The position numbers and the translations under genes are program-made. A stretch of DNA of 64,000 nucleotides from an uncultured Bdellovibrionales bacterium (GTDB lineage: Bacteria; Patescibacteriota; Minisyncoccia; Moranbacterales; UBA1568): contig CAZTBI010000001.1 of the NCBI GenBank assembly GCA_964612055.1, positions 5,688 to 69,687 on the forward strand, in the 5' to 3' direction. The notes below the pieces were generated by a model. The model was given only the letters and a program-made list of their open reading frames with translations. It ran no database searches and was not told where the DNA came from. The first letter of the stretch is position 1. Each line of letters starts with the position of its first letter. Shown in pieces: positions 8,205-16,985 of this stretch.

Positions 8205-9071
8205 ATGGAAACTTTTGCTTTTTCTGCGCTCGGCACGCAGTGGAGTATTCTCGTCGACCACGAACATTTTTTGGAGTCACATAAAAAAGCGATGCTCGAT
8301 GCTGTAGCGGTATTTGAGCGTCGCTTTTCTCGTTTTCTTCCAGAAAGTGAAGTGAATCAATTCCGAGAAGCATCAGCCGGAACGTACGTTGTTTCGGATG
8401 AATTTGCTTCGCTTTTGACTGCGGCTGATCGACTGCGGACACTGACTGGCGGTGTCTACGATCCAGCGGTGGGCGGATTGCTGGAACATGCTGGTTATGA
8501 TAAAGAGTACCGCATGGAACCGGACGAGGAAGTGGAGAACTACGCGCTGCCTCAGTGGTCACTGTCTGAAAAGAAAATCACGATCGGTGGTCCGGTTGTT
8601 TTCGATTTCGGTGGTATCGGCAAAGGATACTGTATCGATCTCGTAGCCGAACTTCTGAAAAAACAGGGGTACACATATTTTCTGGTGGAGGGAGGGGGTG
8701 ATATGTATGGCACGACCAAGCGTGATGGCAGTGCGTATCGGATCGCTCTGGAGTGGCCAGGGAAGCCCGATACGGCCTTTGGGGTAGTCGAGCTTAGGAA
8801 TCAGGGCGTGGCGGTCTCAGATAGCTTCAAACGACGTTGGCCCGCTTCGGCGAAGGCCGGCCGAGACGAGAAGAACTGGCATCATATTATCGATCCCCAA
8901 TCAAAAAAACCGATCGAACAAGTCGTCGGTTGCACAGCGCTGGCTCAGACAGCCTTTGCGGCAGATTGTATGACTTCTGCTTTGTTCCTCTCTTCTTTTG
9001 AGAAATACCCTGGACTTTCAGAACAGCTCCAGGCAGAGTATGTGGTCTTCAGGCAGGATGGTGTGGTGTAG
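8205..9071 (+). CDS. apbE: FAD:protein FMN transferase (ApbE family)
   Basis: GGIGKGY, GGGD, HHIIDPQS motifs. Confidence 0.8.
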   Translation: METFAFSALGTQWSILVDHEHFLESHKKAMLDAVAVFERRFSRFLPESEVNQFREASAGTYVVSDEFASLLTAADRLRTLTGGVYDPAVGGLLEHAGYDKEYRMEPDEEVENYALPQWSLSEKKITIGGPVVFDFGGIGKGYCIDLVAELLKKQGYTYFLVEGGGDMYGTTKRDGSAYRIALEWPGKPDTAFGVVELRNQGVAVSDSFKRRWPASAKAGRDEKNWHHIIDPQSKKPIEQVVGCTALAQTAFAADCMTSALFLSSFEKYPGLSEQLQAEYVVFRQDGVV

Positions 9072-9127
9072 AGGTCAGCCGAAACTGGCTAGGAGAGCTT
9101 TTTTAGACATAAAAAAAGACCCACAGG

Positions 9128-9199
9128 GGTGGCCAGAGGGAATCGAACCCTCATTCATGGTACCACAAACCATTGTCCTGCCATTGAACGATGGCCACC
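9128..9199 (-). tRNA. tRNA-His (anticodon GTG) with genomically encoded G-1
   Basis: acceptor GTGGCCA/TGGCCAC, extra 5' G, discriminator C, loop TTGTGGT. Confidence 0.8.
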
Positions 9200-9222
9200 C
9201 CTCTAAGTCTTTTTATCCTCTG

Positions 9223-9294
9223 TGCCCTCGGTTGGAATCGAACCAACATCAACGGCTTAGAAGTCCGCGGCTCTATCCATTGAGCTACAAGGGC
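9223..9294 (-). tRNA. tRNA-Arg (anticodon TCT)
   Basis: acceptor GCCCTTG/CGAGGGC, loop CTTCTAA; one 31-39 mismatch. Confidence 0.65.
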
Positions 9295-9313
9295 GTCTCC
9301 AAATTTCTGAGGG

Positions 9314-9386
9314 TGGGTGTAGCAGGATTCGAACCTGCGACCGTTGGCTTAAGAGGCCACTGCTCTACCAACTGAGCTATACACCC
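9314..9386 (-). tRNA. tRNA-Lys (anticodon CTT)
   Basis: acceptor GGGTGTA/TACACCC, loop CTCTTAA, T-arm GCAGG-TTCGAAT-CCTGC. Confidence 0.8.
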
Positions 9387-9450
9387 TCTATTCAAAGCAA
9401 AAAACGTCGCTTTGGAACGTGTGTCGATTGTAACAAAAAGGCAAGAGTGA

Positions 9451-9495
9451 GTCAATAAAAATGGAAGGGGCTCGCAAGTGGTGTTCTTGCGAGCC
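9451..9495 (-). terminator. intrinsic terminator on minus strand
   Basis: 10-bp stem GGCTCGCAAG/CTTGCGAGCC; on minus strand followed by TTCCATTTTTATT. Confidence 0.55.
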
Positions 9496-9499
9496 CGGT

Positions 9500-9903
9500 T
9501 GAGAACCGACACGAGGTCGGGTGAATGGAAGGCGAGGTTCTTCCTCGCGGTCCGTCAGGTGACGCCGGTCGAAGCAGCGTTCTGGCGGTCCAGCGGCTGG
9601 ATTGCCGCAGGCTTCATCTTGGCCATGGCCCAGCGCGGGTTAGGCCGGCGCCGCGGTGGCCGTGCCCTGGTGCGGGCCGGCGCCGATCAGCGTGTTGTCG
9701 AAGTTCATGGCGGCCATCGGCACGCCCAGCAGGTCGATCGTGGAGCAGTTCACCGAAGCGGTATGGACAGGGGAGGTCCTTAGAGTCCGGTTGGAGCGCA
9801 TAGCGCACCTCACTTTCTTTGCAAAGTTGATGACACCACAACGAATACCACGAGGGTCTATCAGTGACCAATGCGGTTCCCGAAGCGGCAGGGTAGACAC
9901 CAA
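9500..9903 (-). pseudogene. high-GC (about 68%) foreign gene remnant with GC3-saturated reading frame
   Basis: frame ...IDLLGVPMAAMNFDNTLIGAGPHQGTATAAPA* has G/C at essentially every third position; followed by a second GC3-rich mini-ORF MAKMKPAAIQPLDRQNAASTGVT. Confidence 0.4.
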
Positions 9904-9970
9904 ACATGATATCCATTCTGCCGCCTAGGAATCTAAAAACCTCTGAAATCGTCTTAAAGAGCTAAATACT

Positions 9971-9999
9971 TTTATACACCCAAAGAGTATTTTTGTCAA
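9971..9999 (-). promoter_or_regulatory. sigma70-like promoter TTGACA-N17-TATAAA reading leftward into the high-GC islet
   Basis: reverse complement of 9971-9999 gives TTGACA-aaaatactctttgggtg-TATAAA. Confidence 0.5.
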
Positions 10000-11339
10000 G
10001 GGTGGATAGCCTTGTAATCTTTCCACTGTTTTTCGGACCAATCTTTGGGTTTAGTGGTGTAGATAGTCTCTTGGCCTGGGTGCGGGAAGAGGCTTGGAGA
10101 CTTATAGTTACTCCAGAAGCTGTCACGGATGAAGTTTTGGCCGGTAGCGTTGTTTACTTCTTGGGTGAAGACGGTTTTCATGCTGCCATCTGGGTTCCAG
10201 GCGAGGATATGGGGACCATCGACAGCAACGGTACGACCATCTCTTGTTCCGAAGAAGCGGAAAGTGAGGTCATAGCCATCAATACTCGATTGCATGAGGA
10301 TATAACCAGGAGTGTTATTCATGAATGCTAGGTCAGGCTTCGGGATATAGATGGTGGCGTCCATGCCGTAGGGTTTGTAGTACTGGACCGGGTAGGCATG
10401 ATTGCGGCGCTCGGTGATCTTGAGGCCGCTATAAATAGCGGCACGAAAAACAGTGCTTGAGACTTGGCAGATACCGCCACCGAATTCTGGAGTGGTCTGA
10501 TTGTTCTTGATGACGAGCTCTGGCAGGTAGCCATGTTCGCCGTCGACTTCGCCCAGGTAGTCAACAAAAGAGAATTCTTGGCCGGGAGCGATCAGGATAT
10601 TTTGAAATTGCTGTAAAGCACGATTGATATTGTAGATACGGTTCTTCGGGGAGCCTTTGAAGTTGGTTTTCCCCTCGCCGACCAATTCTTTCAGGCCCAA
10701 ACGTTCCCGGTCAGTGCTGACGATGGTCGGTTTGGCGACTTCGGTCGGAAGTGTCAGGGATAGCGAGAGGTTGTTTGTATTTTCTCCGAGGAGGGTATGG
10801 AGGATAAGGGCTGTGCTTTCGTTTTCATCAAGCAAGCGACCGAGTTTTTCTGGCTCGCTCACGATAATCTGATTCTCTGGTCCGACTCCAAAGATGGCAT
10901 CTTTTGGTTCTTGGTTGATCTGTGGAGCGAGCGTGGCAACAAAGCTGCGGATATTCTCTTCATTTACGGTTTTCACCGAGCGGATCGCCATGTGTTCTCG
11001 AGCTCCGCGAGAAAGAGAGAAGACGCAGTACAGAGCGTCGGTCGGACAGTAGCTGGTATCCTCTATTTCTGAAGGAACTGTATTCCCCGCGACCAGTTGT
11101 GTATCGGTTTGAAACCAAGAAGCAAAATCAGAAGCAGCCAGAGTTTGCTTGTAGTCAGAAGCAATGATTTCTATAGACAGGGGACCGCGATCAATGGCTC
11201 CGTGCGCAGCAGGAGAGAATGAAAAAGCTCCCGCGGCCAGACCGAGGAATGTCAAGGAGAGTAAAGAAGTAGAACGAAAAGAGGTCATAGAGAGAAAAAG
11301 GAACGCCGACCCCATCGAAACGGAACCGGCGAAAGACAT
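9996..11339 (-). CDS. VanW family protein with signal peptide
   Basis: GGGICQVSSTVFRAAIYSGL; start moved from the TTG extension to ATG 11339 (MSFAG...) to avoid overlap with the hsp20 gene. Confidence 0.65.
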   Translation of the reverse strand: MSFAGSVSMGSAFLFLSMTSFRSTSLLSLTFLGLAAGAFSFSPAAHGAIDRGPLSIEIIASDYKQTLAASDFASWFQTDTQLVAGNTVPSEIEDTSYCPTDALYCVFSLSRGAREHMAIRSVKTVNEENIRSFVATLAPQINQEPKDAIFGVGPENQIIVSEPEKLGRLLDENESTALILHTLLGENTNNLSLSLTLPTEVAKPTIVSTDRERLGLKELVGEGKTNFKGSPKNRIYNINRALQQFQNILIAPGQEFSFVDYLGEVDGEHGYLPELVIKNNQTTPEFGGGICQVSSTVFRAAIYSGLKITERRNHAYPVQYYKPYGMDATIYIPKPDLAFMNNTPGYILMQSSIDGYDLTFRFFGTRDGRTVAVDGPHILAWNPDGSMKTVFTQEVNNATGQNFIRDSFWSNYKSPSLFPHPGQETIYTTKPKDWSEKQWKDYKAIHP

Positions 11340-11361
11340 ATCCCGCAGAAGATGGGCCGCT

Positions 11362-11892
11362 TTAGAATCCGCGTACCTGTATTTTTTTAGTCTTGGTGGT
11401 GTCAGCTTTCGGGAGACGAATCGTGAGAATACCGTTTTTGAGAGAGGCGTCAGCCTTTTCTGGAATAACATCGACTGGCAGGAGGACGGAGCGGGAGAAA
11501 GATCCCCAGTAACATTCTTGATAGTAATAGTTTCCATTTTCTACCACTTCCTCGTTCTTGCGCTCGCCTTTGACGGTCACCATATCATTGTTGATCGAAA
11601 CATCGAGATCTTCTGGTTTTACTCCAGCGATAGTCGACTTGATGACGATATCGTTTTCGGTCTGGTAGACATCGATGGTCAGTTGTCCTTCGGCGCCATC
11701 GCTATCGTTTTGAGGGAAGGATGATTGAGCCCAGGACTCTTCTTCTCGGACAGCAAAAGATGTCGGTTCCTCTCGCATAACAACAGGAGACTCCTCTTCT
11801 TCGGTATAGACAGGGACCTCATTGAAATCGCTCCCTTCGACACTATTGGCGCCAGTCAGGCGTTCGAAGAAGGACTTTTTTTGTTTTGTCAT
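11362..11892 (-). CDS. Hsp20/alpha-crystallin small heat-shock protein
   Basis: alpha-crystallin domain (IAGVKPEDLDVSINNDMVTVKGERK...GSFSRSVLLP...GILTIRLPK). Confidence 0.8.
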   Translation of the reverse strand: MTKQKKSFFERLTGANSVEGSDFNEVPVYTEEEESPVVMREEPTSFAVREEESWAQSSFPQNDSDGAEGQLTIDVYQTENDIVIKSTIAGVKPEDLDVSINNDMVTVKGERKNEEVVENGNYYYQECYWGSFSRSVLLPVDVIPEKADASLKNGILTIRLPKADTTKTKKIQVRGF

Positions 11893-11968
11893 AAGGTCAT
11901 CAATTTAGGAATAATCGTCTTTAGTATAGAGTATTTCCGGGGATGGCGCAAGAAAGAGAAAATATGCC

Positions 11969-12457
11969 CTACCACAGGCCAAAAGAGAGAGTGATATTGT
12001 AGATCAAGTGGAGGGCAAAGGCGAGGCCAAGAGGAAGAAAAAACCTTCCCAAAGGGCGGCCAGCCTCGTTTTTCAGGAAGAAAAGAATGATCAGGCTGGT
12101 TGCGATATGGAGGAGGGCGGTGGCGAGGATACGTAAGAGGTCACTTTGGGCAGGGTTTCCAGAAAGGGCAAAAGCTACTTCGATAGTAGCAAAGCCAGCT
12201 CCAAAAAAGAATCCGATGACAAGAAGCTTGAGGGTGTCGAGAGTGATGCCTGCGAAGAAGCGGGCGAGGTATTTTCTGACAAAAAGATATTTCGACCCTT
12301 CTTCGATGAGGGCGGCGGTAGCTAGAATACCGAGATTGGAAAAGTCAAAAGCAAGAGAAGAATAGTCATGGAGACTGGAAAGATTGAGCACGACCAGTTC
12401 TACGACGAGCGCAAAGCTTGCGGCGAGTAGTCCGAAAATGAACACGGTTAGGGGCAT
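11969..12457 (-). CDS. CPBP family intramembrane metalloprotease (CAAX protease-like)
   Basis: EE...R, H and HLIYN motifs in TM helices. Confidence 0.5.
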   Translation of the reverse strand: MPLTVFIFGLLAASFALVVELVVLNLSSLHDYSSLAFDFSNLGILATAALIEEGSKYLFVRKYLARFFAGITLDTLKLLVIGFFFGAGFATIEVAFALSGNPAQSDLLRILATALLHIATSLIILFFLKNEAGRPLGRFFLPLGLAFALHLIYNITLSFGLW

Positions 12458-12461
12458 ATTT

Positions 12462-15059
12462 TTATGAGACGAGAGCGTCTAAGTACTTGCCAAGCTCAGT
12501 GATCTTTTGTTCGGTTTCAGTCAGGCTCGCGCGGTTTTGTTCCAGGATATGGGCCGGTGCTTTGGCGGTGAAGTTTTCATCTCCGAGACGTTTCTCGATA
12601 CCAGATTTGTATTTTTCAGCCGATTCTTTTTCTTTGGTCAGGCGGATACGTTCTTTCTCGATATCAATCAGGCCACTCAAGTGGACGAAGACCGAAGTCG
12701 CGCCACTTCCGATGCGGGCGGTTTCTTTCGGTTGTGTCTCATCATCAGTGATCACGACTTCTTCGATACGGGCGAGACGTTCGATGAGAGGGACGTATGA
12801 CTCCCAGTCGGATTTTTTACCGACAATGGTGAGCCATGGTTTTTCTCCTGGATCGACGTGGTAAATAGCTCGGACGTTTCTGATTTTCTGGATCAGTTCG
12901 ATGATTGATTGGAAGGCGGTATCCGTTTCGATCTTTTCTTCACTCTTTGGCCAAGGCGCTACCATGAGCAGTGTTTTCTCATTCGGGTAGAGCGACTGGA
13001 AGAGGGCTTCGGTCACAAAGGGCATGAAGGGGTGCCAGAGCTTCAAAAGCTCATTCCAGACAGCGATCAAGACGGCGTCATTTTTCTCAATCTTGTGAAT
13101 CTCGACGTACCAATCGGCATATTCGTTCCAGGTGAAATCGCGAAGGGTTTCTGCGGCGAGGGAAACATTGAAACTTTCGAGATGACGGGTCACTTCAGCA
13201 CGTGTCGCAGCGAGGCGTGACAGAATCCATTGATCAGCTGGTGAGAGTACTTCCTTTCTGAGAGCGACCTTTTCCCATACTACATTTTCTTCGGCGGAGG
13301 CAGTAGTGACGTAGCGGCCGATATTCCAAAGTTTGTTGGCAAAGTTGCGGAACGATTCTACTTTCTTGAAGGAAAGGGGAATATTGTTGCCTGGAGCATT
13401 GCCGGTGATGAGGGCCATACGGAGAGCATCGGTGCCGTACTGTTCGATCAGGTCATTTGGACTGATGACGTTGCCTTTGCTCTTACTCATCTTTTGGCCG
13501 TGTTCGTCATTGACGAGGCCGTGGAGATAAACATGTCGAAAAGGAATTTCTTTCTTGAGATACAAACTGAAGATGACCATGCGAGGAACCCACTTGAAAA
13601 TGAGATCATGTCCTGTTTCCATGACGGTGGTTGGGTGGTAGGTGGCAACATCAGAGGAATCTGGATAGCCAAGTGACAGAAGCGGCCACTGTCCGGAAGA
13701 GAACCAGGTATCAAAGGTATCAGTCTCAGCGACGATTTCGCCACCACAGCTGCAGGTGTCTCCGGCTTTGGCATCGATATAGCCAATGTTACAGGTGGTG
13801 CAGTACTGGGCCGGAATCGGAATACCCCAAACAATCTGACGGGAGATGTTCCAGTCGATAGTGTTTTCCATCCAGTAGGTAAAAATCTTTTCGTAGTTCT
13901 TGGGATGAAACTCGATTTCCTTGTTATCACGTACGGCCTGGAGCGCGAGTTCGGCGAGCGGCTTCATTTTCACGAACCACTGGTCGCGAGCTTGCGGCTC
14001 GATGACGGTCTCGCACTTGTAACAGACCTTCTTGGTGTTCGTATAATTTTCGTCGATTTTTACGAGGAGACCTTTCTTTTCGAGCTTTGCCACGATTTTT
14101 TCGCGTGCTTCATCGATGCTCATACCAGAAAATTCTTCGGCAATAGGGAGGAGCTTCCCTTGTTCATCGATGATCTGCTCGCTCTCGAGATGGTATTTTT
14201 GCGCTAATTCATAGTCGACTTGGGAATGCCAGGGAGTGATAGTCATGACACCGGTGCCGAAAGTCATATCCATGACTGGATCTTTGATGATGGTAGCTTC
14301 GATCGGACCATTGATCCATTCGACTGTCAGTTTGTCACCATGTTTGTAGGCAGCATAGCGCTCGTCATCGGGATGCGTGACGACATACTTATCGCCAAAT
14401 TTTGTTTCAGGGCGAACAGTGGCGATATCGAAAGGGCCATACTTGAAGTAGTAGAGTTTGGAGACAGCCTCCTTAGTTTCGGTCTCGACATCAGAAAGTC
14501 CGGTTTGGTGCTTCGAACACCAGTTGACGATACGCTTTCCTCGATAGACCAAGCCGTCTTGGAACATCTTGTGGAAGGTCTCTTGTACGACGGCGACAAT
14601 CTTTGGATCAAGGGTAAAAGCATTACGGCTCCAATCACAACTGGCGCCGAGCTTACGGAGATCACTTTCCATGTACTTTTTATTTTCCATGGTGAAGTCG
14701 TAGATCTCCTGATAGAGGTCTTCACGTGAGAGATCGAAGCGGGATCGGCCTTCTTTCTCGAGTTTCTTTTCGTATACTACTTGGGTTTCGAAACCAGCAT
14801 GGTCAGCGCCTGGCACCCAGAGCGCCTTTTTCCCGTTCATACGATGAAAACGAGTGAAGATATCTTCGATGGTGACGAAAAGGGCGTGACCAGCGTGCAA
14901 ACGGCCGTTGGCGTTTGGCGGCGGCATGATAATCGAAAAGGCCTCGGTGCGATCACCGGGCAGATTGTCTGGATTGAAAAAACCGCTCTTCTCCCACTGG
15001 GCGTAGAGTTTTTCTTCCCAATCTTTGGCAGTGTAGGTTTTTGGGATTTCTTTGTCCAT
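12462..15059 (-). CDS. valS: valine--tRNA ligase
   Basis: HAGH (HIGH) and KMSKS motifs; ValRS editing and anticodon-binding regions. Track start 15095 is TTG; ATG at 15059 has GAGAGG RBS. Confidence 0.9.
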   Translation of the reverse strand: MDKEIPKTYTAKDWEEKLYAQWEKSGFFNPDNLPGDRTEAFSIIMPPPNANGRLHAGHALFVTIEDIFTRFHRMNGKKALWVPGADHAGFETQVVYEKKLEKEGRSRFDLSREDLYQEIYDFTMENKKYMESDLRKLGASCDWSRNAFTLDPKIVAVVQETFHKMFQDGLVYRGKRIVNWCSKHQTGLSDVETETKEAVSKLYYFKYGPFDIATVRPETKFGDKYVVTHPDDERYAAYKHGDKLTVEWINGPIEATIIKDPVMDMTFGTGVMTITPWHSQVDYELAQKYHLESEQIIDEQGKLLPIAEEFSGMSIDEAREKIVAKLEKKGLLVKIDENYTNTKKVCYKCETVIEPQARDQWFVKMKPLAELALQAVRDNKEIEFHPKNYEKIFTYWMENTIDWNISRQIVWGIPIPAQYCTTCNIGYIDAKAGDTCSCGGEIVAETDTFDTWFSSGQWPLLSLGYPDSSDVATYHPTTVMETGHDLIFKWVPRMVIFSLYLKKEIPFRHVYLHGLVNDEHGQKMSKSKGNVISPNDLIEQYGTDALRMALITGNAPGNNIPLSFKKVESFRNFANKLWNIGRYVTTASAEENVVWEKVALRKEVLSPADQWILSRLAATRAEVTRHLESFNVSLAAETLRDFTWNEYADWYVEIHKIEKNDAVLIAVWNELLKLWHPFMPFVTEALFQSLYPNEKTLLMVAPWPKSEEKIETDTAFQSIIELIQKIRNVRAIYHVDPGEKPWLTIVGKKSDWESYVPLIERLARIEEVVITDDETQPKETARIGSGATSVFVHLSGLIDIEKERIRLTKEKESAEKYKSGIEKRLGDENFTAKAPAHILEQNRASLTETEQKITELGKYLDALVS

Positions 15060-15100
15060 GCCTCTCACGATAGCAGAGAAAAGCCTGAGATTCAAGGACT

Positions 15101-15844
15101 TTAGCCCCTCTTTGTGCCCTTTTTCAGTTTTTTGAAGTTGAAGAGCGGGGCGAAAAGATCGTCTCCGAGGGCGGGCTTGAAATAGGTAAGTTCTTTCTTT
15201 GTTGGAGAGCTTGGTGAAAATTTTACGAAGGGGATATCATTTACGAGAGCGAGCGGTGTCTGCTCATCACCCTCGCCCATAGTCAGGGAGGCAGCGGTCG
15301 CGAGCGCATCGACGTGGTTGGCGTGTGAAGTAAAGAGTGTGCCAAAGATATCAGGGACATGTTCGTAGCCTTTGAGTCCCTCGAAACCGCTCCAGCCAAT
15401 AGCGACCCCAGTGACACCGCGCCGTAGGGGACTGGAATGGCTGTCGACGATAACAACACCGGCTTGTTTAGTGCCAAAACGTTTCACGAGATAGGAGCGA
15501 ACTTTTCTGGCAGTAGCGTAACTATCTTTGGGAAGGAGAGAATAGTAGCCTCCAGTATTGGAAGCGTCCATGCCAGCGCGTGCGATGAAGGCGTTATCTT
15601 TGATGGTGAGAGCAACGCCGTAGCGACTCGCTTGTTTCGGTAAGTAGTAGTCAGCTTCTTGTTTCAGGGTGCCTTCGCTTATTTTTTCGAGCGGGACAAT
15701 GCGTCCTTCACAGAGCGCAACAATTTTTGAGGTGATGACCAAAATTGATCGCTCGGGAAATTTCTTGAGACTGCGATCAAGGAGCGCGGTCAGTGTTGTT
15801 GAGCGTGGCAAGACCTTTTCAGTTTTGATGGGCGTTATCTTCAT
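15101..15844 (-). CDS. CofE-like gamma-glutamyl ligase family protein
   Basis: ITSKIVALCEGR core typical of the F420-0:gamma-glutamyl ligase fold. Confidence 0.5.
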   Translation of the reverse strand: MKITPIKTEKVLPRSTTLTALLDRSLKKFPERSILVITSKIVALCEGRIVPLEKISEGTLKQEADYYLPKQASRYGVALTIKDNAFIARAGMDASNTGGYYSLLPKDSYATARKVRSYLVKRFGTKQAGVVIVDSHSSPLRRGVTGVAIGWSGFEGLKGYEHVPDIFGTLFTSHANHVDALATAASLTMGEGDEQTPLALVNDIPFVKFSPSSPTKKELTYFKPALGDDLFAPLFNFKKLKKGTKRG

Positions 15845-16938
15845 ATCAGATCTTGCAGGGGGAGGTTAGCGTTTGGTTCGAGGGCGGCATAGGATTCTTT
15901 GAGCGCTGCACGATCATTTTCGTTCATGCGTTCGTAGCGGAGCGCAGCCGCGATAGCGATCATAGCGGCATTGTCGAGTGAGTAAGAGAATTCTGGAGTG
16001 AGGAATTGGGTGTTCGGAAACTGTTCGTTGATCAAGCCCTGGAGTCTTTCGCGTAGCCTTACATTGGCGGAGACGCCGCCAGCGATGACAAAAGTTTCTG
16101 GCGAATAGAGTGCGATAGCCTTTTTTGTTTTGCCAGCCAAGACATCGACGACAGCTTCCTGGAATTCGTGGCAGACTTGGTCAATGAATGTTTCATCTTT
16201 CTTTTGTTCTTCGTGTTTTTTGAGAAAGTAGAGGACGGAAGTTTTCAATCCTGAGAAAGAAAAATCAAAATTGTCGGCATCGAGCATCGGGCGAGGAAAG
16301 GAAAATGTTGATGCAGTGCCAGGGTGTTGTAATCGGAAGCTGTCAGCTCTCTTGGCAACGATGGGTCCGCCAGGATAATCGAGACCGAGCATTTTGGCGA
16401 CTTTGTCGAACGCCTCACCGGAAGCGTCATCTTGCGTTTCGCCGAGGATCTCGTAGGTGAAATGATTGTTCATGAGAACGAGTTCGGTGTGGCCACCAGA
16501 AACGACCAAAGCGAGAAGTGGAAAACGCAGTTCAGCATTTTCTTTGAGTAAGTTAGCATAGATGTGGCCTTCCAAGTGCTGGATGCCGATGAGGGGTTTT
16601 TCCCAGAGAAGCGCCAGGAGTTTGGAAGCTGTGACTCCGATGACGAGGGCTGGCATGAGACCAGGGCCTTCGGTGACTGCGATGAGATCAATGTCGGCTG
16701 GAGAGAGCTTGGCTCGATCCAGGGTTTCTTCGACGACGGGGACGATGTTCCGGATATGTTCCCGTGAAGCCAAATCAGGCACGACCCCGCCCCATTTGGC
16801 ATGGAGAGAGGCTTGGGAGGAAACGGTATTGGCGAGGACGGTAGCTTGTGTGCCGCCCGCCTCGGCTTGAGACGGGTTCCAGTCGACGATAGCCGCTGCT
16901 GTCTCATCGCAGGATGTCTCGATGGAGAGGACTTTCAT
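15841..16938 (-). CDS. tsaD: tRNA N6-adenosine threonylcarbamoyltransferase
   Basis: MKVLSIETSCDETAAAIV N-terminus and Kae1/Gcp metal-binding histidines. Confidence 0.9.
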   Translation of the reverse strand: MKVLSIETSCDETAAAIVDWNPSQAEAGGTQATVLANTVSSQASLHAKWGGVVPDLASREHIRNIVPVVEETLDRAKLSPADIDLIAVTEGPGLMPALVIGVTASKLLALLWEKPLIGIQHLEGHIYANLLKENAELRFPLLALVVSGGHTELVLMNNHFTYEILGETQDDASGEAFDKVAKMLGLDYPGGPIVAKRADSFRLQHPGTASTFSFPRPMLDADNFDFSFSGLKTSVLYFLKKHEEQKKDETFIDQVCHEFQEAVVDVLAGKTKKAIALYSPETFVIAGGVSANVRLRERLQGLINEQFPNTQFLTPEFSYSLDNAAMIAIAAALRYERMNENDRAALKESYAALEPNANLPLQDLI

Positions 16939-16985
16939 AGTGTTCTTACTCTACCGAGAGTGGGGGAAAATGGCAAGAATTGAGT

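Noticed and set aside
9463-9495. GGAAGGGG-hairpin-CCCG near the tRNA cluster as a possible fourth copy of the tRNA-associated repeat
   Set aside because: Only the 8-mer GGAAGGGG is shared. The rest is a canonical 10-bp-stem terminator followed by a T-run on the minus strand, so the match is coincidental.
15060-15095. ORF-track start of valS at 15095 (and similar upstream extensions of murI to 17861, GH1 to 20502, VanW to 11537)
   Set aside because: These extensions begin at TTG codons, lack RBSs and add non-conserved residues. Internal ATGs with RBSs match the conserved N-termini.
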